From assembly GCA_030141605.1 (NCBI GenBank), contig JAQGDQ010000408.1, forward strand, positions 62,001 through 126,000: a stretch of DNA of 64,000 nucleotides, read 5' to 3'. A program made the position numbers and the translations under genes. Positions 1 through 11,100 of the stretch are shown here, in pieces. Under the pieces are notes generated by a model. The model was given only the letters and a program-made list of their open reading frames with translations. It had not been told where the DNA came from and ran no database searches. Positions within the stretch are counted from its first letter, which is position 1. Each line of letters opens with the position of its first letter. Source of the stretch: Tubiluchus corallicola. Its lineage: Eukaryota; Animalia; Priapulida.

Positions 1-1695
1 GTTTGCCCCTCCGCGAAAACAACAAATGCCTTTTAACGCAGTTTAGAAGGACATTAATAGCTCACTTTGTAAATTCTGTGAGGGCACAAACGAGTACATT
101 AAGTACTGGAAGTCACATGTAGTAATACTCAAACAATCAGAATCCTACTACTGTAAGTGAGAAAATATTTATTAAAGTGACATGTTCAAGTTAAATCATA
201 CGTTACATCATATAGTCGTTTTCTCTATTGTATGCAAGACAAAAATTAAGACGTAAACCCAACCATTTAGGCTTACAAGTCACTGCCTATTAAGGCCAAA
301 AGATTTCCGTAAAGTGTACCCTTGACAAAGATTGATAACTAATGGGTAACAGCAAGCTATTTAGCATGTTGGATTTATTTTACTGTTATCGCTTAAACTT
401 AGAAAAGTATAAAAAAGAAATTTGCAAAACCATTGGACTTGAAAATTATAACGTATCCGGTGGTCCTGCCTTTTCTTAAGCAAACACTGTTCAAACTAAT
501 TCAAGTTTCTATACCTTACCCAATATTCATGGGAAAATATGTTTAATTTTTTGCAAAACTGAATTTTGACAAAAAAACTGACAGCGTGCTGCCTTTTTTC
601 GCTCGAAGAAGAACGTCATTGGTGGAAGAATGCGCGTTTCAAGACAGGAGAAATGTTGGCGATTTTAAAGTGATTTTACTAATTGCACGAGGCGCTTCTT
701 ACAGTTTTACTGCTAACTCCTAACATTTTCCCCAAACATTGAAATAAGCCTAACTTCCCAGAAGGCTTGACCTTTCCTTTAATCACTCATACTGACTACT
801 AGTTGTGCTAAGTAATACTTAAATACAGGTTATCAAATTTATGTAATTGATGTACTACAGCCTCCAATGTACCTATTTTCTCATATATTACAAGCGTTTA
901 AAAAAATCGCTCAAATCAGGGAGACTATAGAAAGTGTCTGTGTACAGTCAGAAACTAAGAACCCAGAGAAAATCACTGATGACAACGTGCATTCATCGAT
1001 GTTTTTTCGGGGGACAAATGCTGAGACTTCTGCAGATGTCTAAGAATGGTAAAATTATAACAAACAGCACCAAAATGAGTGCTTTAAGATGTATCAAGTT
1101 TAAAAGGTTATGAAGAAAATTCTCATGAGCACCTTTCAAAAAAATTCAAGGAAACGTAATATAGTAAAGGCCCTTCTATTAGCAGATGACTGCAAGCAAG
1201 ACTAACTGCAAATAAAACTTGAAACAATTCAATAATAGGTGTGCTAAACGATTAAAGCTGAATTGAATCTGGCTTAATACATAATTATAAGTTTACGTTT
1301 ACGTACATCCCAAAGATCCCAAGTTCAATTCTAACCCTGTCCCACTGCTGTTTTTTTATTTTAATTTTACTTTAAAAAGTTATCAGTATTATAAGTTTGC
1401 AGCACCTTAAATCTAAAAACACATTTGCAAATGAGAAACTTTTAGATGCCTTTTTTGGGTGCATAGCGTCAGGTTTAGTCAACAACTAAGATGTACAGCA
1501 TAAACAGTCCAAATTGGCAAATTTATTTCTGTACAAAAGCTAGTCACACTGGCTTGTGATACTAGTCAGCACATTGGATTTTAATTCTTAAGATCCGGAA
1601 AAACTTGACAGAGATTTATTGACTAAATCTATAATAAACTGTAATCTGACTTAACAGTTTTACTTAAATATACCAGTATACAGTATAACACTTAC

Positions 1696-1773
1696 AAAAA
1701 ACACAAAGTTAAATATCATTAACAGCGTTTTCATGCAAGCCACGGCTGCAGTCGTCTGAGTTTTTTGACCCAT
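1696..1773 (-). CDS. Tetraspanin (TSPAN6/7-like), first coding exon; rest of gene probably lies left of the window
   Basis: Not in the ORF track. Reverse strand reads MGQKTQTTAAVACMKTLLMIFNFVFF, then a GTAAGT donor in phase 0. This matches the tetraspanin N-terminus/TM1 pattern (C-x-K-x-L-L-x-x-F-N-F-x-F; cf. TSPAN7 ...VITCLKTLLIIYSFVFW|). Confidence 0.8.
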
Positions 1774-2159
1774 TTTGATGATCAGCAGTTATTACTATCG
1801 AATATTGCAACTACCCGTACTCCTCCACCTATCAAATTCTCACGTATTTGTTACACGTAAAAAATCTTGACACTTCAGTATTATCACGACTAGTAATGAA
1901 GCTAATGCAAAAAATACTATAGCTTCTAGTAAATAGTAATCATTCCAGGAACTACAGCTAACTCTCCAACGCAACTTTGCAACCAAATGTATACTGTATA
2001 GTACGTGTCATGTGACTTTAAGTTTGTACTTGTAGTTACCCAATTAGTATTGTGGTGCCATCTGGCGGTCATACACAAATATGCTGTCACGTGGCCGTGG
2101 CTGGAGTCCGTCACTCTGGTTAAAAATGAAATTTTTTGCACGTTAATCAATGATTGAAG

Positions 2160-5100
2160 ATGGCGGGAAGGTTCAACAAGTTGGAGTTGGTGGGATCCGG
2201 CACTTTTGGACAAGCATGGCTCGTGAAGTCAAGGACGAGTGGAAGGAGATACGTGGTGAAAGAAATCACAGTAAAAATGATGACTGAGAAGGAACGTCAA
2301 CAGGCTGTGAATGAGGTCTCAATATTGGCACGTTGCAAACATGCCAATATCATACGGTACAGAGAGGCTTTTTTGGAGGAAGGAATTTTACACATTGTCA
2401 TGGAATATGCTGAACAAGGTAGTATTTTACTAAAGGATGTGTTATGAAGTATAAATGATACCACATAATGCAGATCTTGTTCTCTCAGTCGTTTATCTTT
2501 AATAATAATAGATCATCTAACATGCTAACATGTAGTGTTTTTACGTGCTACTCACGGGATACATGTGTCTATGTAGTGCATAGTAGTTGTTTCAGATTCA
2601 GTCAAGCAAACTGTTCTTTTTAAGTCATAGCATTAAATGAAACCAAATCAAAGCAATTCCTTTGATTTGGTCCAAGCAATAGTCACCCATCTATATACTG
2701 ACCAGTCTTGATGTTATTTTACGTTGTGCTTTTAAGTTTAGAAAAATAAAAGATACACATGTTTTGCCACACTGCTATAATTCTTTTCACCCTGAAAAAG
2801 TGTGCCTTCAATTTTAAAAACCAAGTTTGTAAATGCTAAATAGCATTCGTAAAGATTACAATATTTACATGTGTGATATATATTTAGTTTGATTGTGATG
2901 CTATTATAAGTTTTGCTTTAAATAAAACAATTATTTACTTAAAAAGAAAGCAAAAAACTGTGTCTGAACTTAGAGTTGAACTAGAACTGTTAGATTTGAA
3001 CACCAAGTATTAGCCACTCAGACATCAAATCATACAATACTCTGTGTTCATTAACAAGCTTTGTGCAGTTTTTCTTGTTCACCAATTTTGAGTGTTAAAG
3101 AAAACCGGATTGCTGAAACTGAAGGTCAAAATGATCTACTCTTTAAAATATTGAAAGGAAACATACTATTTTTCCAAAAATGACTTGCAAGAGTGAAAGA
3201 ATTATTATTACACAAACACAATTTCATGTTCGCATCACCAGTTCTTCGCTGTTACATACATTGCGCCATTTGCTAAGTAGTAGCAGGACAGGCAGTAGCA
3301 CCTGCATTTTGCAAATGTGTTGCACAAAAAACAGGTGCTGTACCTCTCATTTAAAATGTAAGAGTACAGCGGTAAATTTGAAATTTGAACTTGCCTAGTT
3401 TTGGTCCAACACACTGAATATCTTACAGTAGCACCGTACTTCAATTTTCGCTTTCGTAAACACGTGCAACACGCTCGTGGATTATTTTTGCTGTTGAAAT
3501 CGTCACTAGTTGGTGATATCGTCACTAGTTGGACTCGCCTGCCGTTAATTAAGATTTTAATCTATTATTTAACTATCAGAAATGCTTTTGCAGTATTGGT
3601 GTTAAAACGTATACTATTTACCGTACTTGAATATGGGGTAGTATGTGGAAAAAATCATCATGTGTTCCTTCAAATAAATTTTGAGTGTTAAAGTTACATC
3701 TATGAATGACTGATATATTAAATTTATGAAACCAATCTCAAATTCTTGCTTTCCTGTAGGTGATCTACATAAAAGAATCAAGAAAGAGAAGCAAAGAGGA
3801 AAGCACTTTAAGGAGGACGTGATCTTGGACTGGTTTGCTCAGATAACATTTGCGCTGGAGTATATACACGAGCAAAATATTTTACACCGAGGTGATGAAG
3901 CTGTAAATTTCCTGATTAAGCCTACAAAATTAAAGATTGATATTTTCCACAAGATGTCATATTTTAATGCTTGCATAGCAAAATCGTCCTAAAGTCGGCA
4001 GTAAAGCTTTTCTAGCTATTCACATATCCTGAATCGCCATTTCATGAGGATCATTTTGATACCAAACTCATCAAAATAGATACCAAGCTCTATGTTATTT
4101 CTAAGCTGAGATAATATAGGTTGATAGACTTTCTTTTATTAATAAGTTCCATTTATTCGTAGCTCTGGTCAGACTGTTGAAATTATTAAAATCAGCTTTG
4201 TGGCTAGAGGCACAAGTATGGTTATTAATAGCACAAGATCTTTTTAATGTAAAATTTTAATAAAGTTGTGTTGTTTTAAATATGTTACGTTAATCATTAC
4301 TTATTAAGTTGTATTACGCTTTACCAGTCTGTAAGACTTATGTATTTGCAAAAGAAAATTCTTAATTTACAATATTTGCACAACCTGGCAAAATGGCACT
4401 GTGTCACAGTCCTAATGTGCACCACTAATTCATCAAAAAACACTTTATTGAATACATTAACAATATACAAATTATTGAATATATTTGTGAAGTAATTAAT
4501 ACTTTTCGTTAGTTAACGAAGAATATGCTACTAATGTTCTAACTTATTTTCCAAACTTTACTTAGTGTTATCTGAACTTGTTTTGAACGACTTGCTGTTA
4601 AAATGTCTGTGCCTAACGGTGGAGTTTAAATGTACAAGTTATATCAGGGGTGTGCAAATTATCTGACTAGCTGGGTCACATTAAACTTTCCCGCAATTCC
4701 TGCGGGCCACAAGCACTTTTATCAAGGAGTCAAGTACCGAAAGGCCTAATAATGATTTTTTTGCGTCCGACCTGCATACATCATTACTACTACACTCAAG
4801 AAACTATTTTAGAAGTTACTAAAGTTTATATTACAAACCATATATTTTTACTTTCAGGACAGATAGTGGTAATTTCAATACAATGCATAATAGTAATGTG
4901 TATCACACCGTCTGTGTAGTACAGTGTTATTAAGCTACAACCGTCTTGTAAGGGTTAATGGCATCCGATCTAGTAGAAAAAACTACCCGCACTATCTTTG
5001 GGATCGTGGCACGGACTTCAGCTGGATACACTCAATTAATCGCCCGGGCCGCACTTTCATTAGGTTGACCAATCTCTTCGCGGGCCGCACAAATTCTCTC

Positions 5101-8100
5101 GGCGGGCCGCAAGTGGCCCGCGGGCCGCAATTTGCACACCCCTGAGTTATATGAAGCGTTACTACTGACACAAGCTCTTTATGCAATGTGGCAGCATGTA
5201 AATTGTATAATTTCAAGATGCACTTTTTAAGCTTTATTTATGAAGAGTGTTTCTTGTGCTTTAAGTGAGATTAAAAACACTATCCTGTTGTAGACAGCAG
5301 CTTTTCTCAAGAACATTTCATATTGTACTGGTTATTTTCAGATCTGAAAACCCCGAATATCTTCTTGACGGAGGATAACATAGTAAAAGTTGGGGATTTT
5401 GGCATTGCTCGCATTCTGGAAAGCACACAGGATCACGCGCAGACGGCTATTGGCACTCCTTACTACATCTCACCGGAAATTTGTCAAAGGAAACCGTATC
5501 CTTGCTCGATGCATTATATATGTGCTTGCAAACCAAAACCGTCCACAAATTGGCGTAGTTAGAGCTATGTTATGATGCTTGAAAGTAGAATGCACCAAAA
5601 TTTGGCCAAATGTCAATTTTTTGGTTTTTTTTTGTAAAAACAAACGCTAAATCTATTGGACTTTTATATTTTAACATAAAATTATCAAGAAAATATCCAA
5701 AAAATACTAAAAATCTAATTTTATAACCCCATACTCACTTTTCTGGCTAAAAACTAGTCCTGCAAATTTAAAAATAATTTGTGAAACTGCTATTGTGAAA
5801 CTCATGGAAGTAATCAATTTGCTTCTGGTTTTTTCTGTTTCCAAGCCCAGATCTTCGTCAGAAAAAAACATCTACTGGATGATTTAAACATAACTTCAAT
5901 GTATTCTTGCAAAGTCGGCATAATTAGGTACGTTATGATGCTTCAAAGTAGAATAAAACAAATGCTAAATATATCTGAATTTTATGTTCTACCTTCAAAC
6001 TATCAAAAAAATGTTCAAAAAATACTAAAAATCTAATTTTGTAACTCCATATTTACTTTTCTGTCTAGAACATAGTACTGCAATTGTAAAAAAAACTCGT
6101 ATTTTCAAACTCCGATAGTAACTCATGGAATCATTTTCTTTTGGTTTTTCTCTGTTTTCTTCGTCATGAAGAGCCATCTACTGGATTTAAACAACTTCAA
6201 TGCGTTCTTGCAAAATCCGCAACAACCAACATTTGCACGGTAGCTAAGTGTTTTTGTAGAAACGAGACAAAAAACAATGGCTAATTTTAACGGCGATTTC
6301 CTCAAGGTTACGTTTTTCAGTGTGCAACCTGCACCTCAACTTCAATGTTGCTTATCTCAGCTTAGAAATAACATAGAGCGATGAGTTTGGCATCAAAATG
6401 ATCCTCATGAAATGGAGATTCAGATTATGTTAATAACTAGAAAAGCTTGTTGCCAATTTATGGACGATTTTGCTATGCAAGCACACGTATAGTCCAATTT
6501 ATTATAGTCCAATAGAGATTGCATTGTTTGAAACTGTGTATGGCTAGAACTACTTATGTTGTTGTTGTTGTTGATGTTGTTGTTGGCATCCTTCTGTCTC
6601 GGAAGACAATGGAGTGTGCGCCAAGAGAGTCAGTTATTGATCAGATCGATGGAGCTGCAGAGTCAACTGTGGCTTAGCAGTCCGATCCTTGAACCACTGG
6701 AATGGCCTTTCCAGGGCGCACGCCTGGGCAAGGTATATGGAGATCCAGAGTTGCCTAAACAACAGGAACCCCCTCTCTTCCTCCCTGGTGTTGTCCAAAG
6801 GAAAGCGGAGCGATACGTTTGGCACCAGGTTGGCTGCCGGAGTCAGTGAGCATGCATGCTGCACTGGTCCGCCTTCGGGGCTCCACTCCTGATTTGGAAG
6901 GTTTGCTCCTCTAAACATGGCCGTTGGGTCACTTGACCTCCTCCGCCCTCTAGCCGTTGACTTTTTGTGCAGCTCCTCCGCCTAGTGTCGAGATACAGCG
7001 TGGGCATCCCGCAAGCTTACAGCACCTGGTATTCCTAGGCGGTCACCCATCCAAGTACTAACCAGCCCTACGTTGTTTAACTTCGATGATCAGATGACAA
7101 CCGGTGTTTTCAACGTGATATGGCCGTAGTACTACTTATGTAATGACTGTAAAAGCAATTTACTGTTAGTTTTACAGGGCGATTTCATAACCCTTTGCTA
7201 GGGGGTTCAAAAACAATGAGCACCAGTTTTGTACAAATTATTCCATCAAAGGACTTTTGAAACAATAGTGAATCTATCACACCCTCCAGGGCCAGTTCTA
7301 CCACTAGCCATTCTAGGCAGTTGCCTAGGGTACCATATTTTGGGGGTGCCAAATTGTGGAAGAAATTCTTTAACATTTAAATTTTATATGAGTAACAGCA
7401 TAGTGTAAGTGTAGTAGTAGTAATGACTCTTCCATTAATAAAAACATCTTACAATAGCATTTATCTAAGTATGGCAGATAAATCTATAAGAATGCAATTC
7501 TTCGGGACGAAATGCAGGAAATGAAAGGCAAAGAAAAAGGTGAGTCATGTAGAGTACAGTGGATTCATAGACACAATTTCAAATCATTCAGTACAAGCTT
7601 TATTCATCCACAAATTTTATTTACCCACGTCCTTTTTAAATTATATGTATGTATTGTATATAGTCTATTATAATTTGCGTGTAACATTATAATGTACATT
7701 TTTGTTTTAAATTTTTGGCACAGTAGTTTTTAGTTTGCACTGGACGCATTTGCCTTTAACAGTTGTGTGAATTTTATTCTCATGCTGCGATGTTCTTTTA
7801 TGCTTTTATAGTTATGAATATCGATTTTTTATGGCAATTAAAGATTATTATATATATATATATAAGCTGTAGATAGGCAATTAGCTACGCTTAATTGGTA
7901 CTCATGCATAAGCCTAACGCACAAGTACCATTATACTTTATTATAATAGTGTACAAGAAAAAGTCAATATTAGATGGTGTGAACTGTTGGGGAACATGTT
8001 GACCATTGAGGAGAAGACACTAAATACAGTATACAGTTTGGCTTAAGGCATCAAACTGTCAAGAGCCGGGCCCTGATGCCCTCAAAATTTAGTGTCTTGC

Positions 8101-11100
8101 ACAGCCTGGAACTTGCGCAGTCTTGAGGGTGTATAATCGGTGACTTGAAGAACTCAAGATCTTCCGGCACGTCGTTCAGATGTCTCAGAAGCATTGTCTG
8201 TTGAACACAGATCAATGGCATGTTTTTGACCATCTTAGCGTCCACTCTGTTTATTGAGATAGCTCCAACATATGTTTGGCATGGTTGAGGTCCAGTGGAT
8301 ATTCAGTTCAGTCGAAAATTCCAGAGTGTGTGAGCTACTCGAATGTTTAGCACCATATTTCGATAGATTTTCTATTACCAGTATCAATATTGGTATTATA
8401 AATACATGCTGGCGCTGTTCTTATATTTTTGGAAATACTTTATTTCTGCTCAGTTTGCACTGCTTTTGTTATATCAGTAAGAGTCTTGTGAACCAGCTGC
8501 CATTAATGTTGTGTTGTGGCATTCTACTTGTTTTACTTTGTGTTTTAGACACCTTAATGTTGTTGATTACCTAACAGCTGTGTTTCAAGGTTTTACTTTA
8601 GTGTTACTGTAATTTTATTTACTTTGACATTACAAACTCATTGCGAAAAAAGCATTTCCTTGACAGCAGGTTTTAGATACAACCAGAAGAGTGACATGTG
8701 GGCTCTAGGTTGTGTTTTATACGAAATGTCTTGCCTTGGATATCCTTTCAACGGACCAGATTTCCACACTCTTGTGTTCAGAATTATGCAAGCCAGATAT
8801 GACCCAGTTCCCAGGTAAATGCGGTAAAGTATGTACACCTGTGTTGAAGAGTTTTTAGAAGAGCTGTGTCTGCTTCACCTCTTTTGAAATGTCTTGCCTT
8901 GGATACCTTTTCAACGGACCAGATTTCCACACTCTTGTGTTCAGAATTATGCAAGCCAAATATGACCCAGTTCCCAGCTAAATGCGGTAAAGTATGTACA
9001 CCTGTGTTGAAGAGTTTTTAGAAGAGCTGTGTCTGCTTCACCTCTTTTGAAATGTCTTGCCTTGGATGCCTTTTCAACGGAGCAGATTTCCACACTCTTG
9101 TATTCAGAATCATGCAGGCTAGATATGACCTGTGTTGAAGAGTTTACAGAAGAGGTGTGTCTACGTCACCTCTTTTTATGTGAAGCTCAGTGCTTTCACT
9201 CTCTTTGGTATTTCAAGTTAATGTTTGCTACTACAGTCTTGCTCCTGATACGGTGGCATCACCAATACAACTTACGTTTGCTTTATTAACAGAAAATAAG
9301 TGACAGTATTTTAATCGATATTTATAATTAATAAATCATCATTTCAGACAGAACTGACACTTGCAAAAGTAAAATGTAATGCAGTCAAAGCCAGATTATT
9401 GTATAGGCTAGTATAAGATACTCCCTGGAGCACTTCAAGCTTGGGGTATCAAAAAACTGTATCATTAATCGCAGTTTTGTTTTTATGAATTGTACTTTCT
9501 AGGTTGTATTTCAACTTGATGGTCTCTAGAATTTGAGATTTTTTAGATGAATAGAACTTAAAAATAGTCCAAGACACACTTGCACAGTACAGAGTTACTT
9601 TGACATATAACTTTCTAATACAAATTCCCAGGTATGCTGTATGTCAAACAATGGGCGCCATGTTCTAGTACAAATTTTATAGTCTGGTGAATGTCAAACA
9701 ATGGGCGCCGTGTTCTAACACGAATTCCCTGGTCTTGTGTATGTCAAACAATGGGCGCCATGTTCTAGTACAAATTTTATAGTCTGGTGTATGTCAAACA
9801 ATGGGCGCCATGTTCTAATACAAATTTTATGGTCTGGTGTATGTCAAACAATGGGCGCCGTGTTCTAACACGAATTCCCTGGTCTTGTGTATGTCAAACA
9901 ATGGGCGCCATGTTCTAGTACAAATTTTATAGTCTGGTGTATGTCAAACAATGGGTGCCATGTTCTAATACAAATTTTATAGTCTGCTTTATGTCAAACA
10001 ATGGGTGCCGTGTTCTAACACAAATTCCCTGGTCTTGTGTATGTCAAACAATGGGCGCCATGTTCTAGTACAAATTTTATAGTCTGGTGTATGTCAAACA
10101 ATTGCCATGTTCAATACAATATGTTAATAGGTCCGTCTTGTACACCGAAAAACATTCGATATTACAAAACAGCACTAATCATATGTAGTTACTCATGACT
10201 GATCATGAGTTAATTGTAGCCACTGGCCTTCATCATCAGGGGCAACTGTCTCTCTGCTAAAGACATGCGGTTCTTTTCTAAATCAATAATACGTTACATT
10301 GTTGCACTGCTATGCTCTGCTTTGCTATTTTCAGTTTTTATGGTCCACTAATACACGATCTGATTGCCGTCCTGCTGCGGGTTGACCCAAAACGTCGTCC
10401 CAGTGCATCGCAACTTCTTTCAGTTGGGAATCTGCAACCTTGCATTCAGGCTTATATTGCTCGTTATGAAAAAATACACAAACTTGCAAGGTGAGCTTGG
10501 TTCATTAATACCTAAAATTTATCTGTGGTAGGTAACGTGAGTAAGTTGTCAAATCATGCGACAGAGCTTGTTTAATCACCAAACAAATATGTGAAAGGGT
10601 TTCCCATGTCGCAAGAATACGAGTAGAGAGCGTAGTATATATAATCTTCTGCAATATGTCCAGAAAAGGTCTTTTCTCATTTCTCATAAGGTCTAAAAAA
10701 GTATAGGTGATAGCCAAATACTGTATAATGCGTACTACTTTTTTATTTTTTGTGAATAGGTACTATATTAGTTGTTTCAATGCAACAGACAAATTAGCTG
10801 AAACTTCAGAGCTGGGTGCTGCATATTTTATTTAAGTATGGACCAGTTTTCAGAAAAATTCCAATTTTTGCCTATAATTTAGACTACAATACTCAGCTAA
10901 CAATTATCGTTGTAAACAAAATTTTGGTGGGATTTGAAGGGTTTGAAAAGATCTACAAAATCGTATAAAATCCGTGTATTTAGCATATTTCCAAACAAAC
11001 ATACGAACACCTAAAAACTGGTCATTTTTTAGAGAAATCCGTATTTTTAATGCTTAGCTTTTCAGTGTTAAATGGAGCACATTGTTTGAACAAATGACCA

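Larger units (their letters stand above)
5496..8676 (+). other. U12-type (minor spliceosome) GT-AG intron, NEK intron 3
   Basis: Donor CC|GTATCCTTG (U12 consensus RTATCCTTT). Branch point TTTCCTTGAC at 8655-8664, 12 nt before the end of the AG. Splicing restores the conserved KPYNQKSD. Confidence 0.9.

Noticed and set aside
7013-7130. Functional 5S rRNA gene
   Set aside because: It has several substitutions, no oligo-T terminator directly after it, is fused to a retroposon body, and is enclosed by an 11-bp TSD. It is a SINE head.
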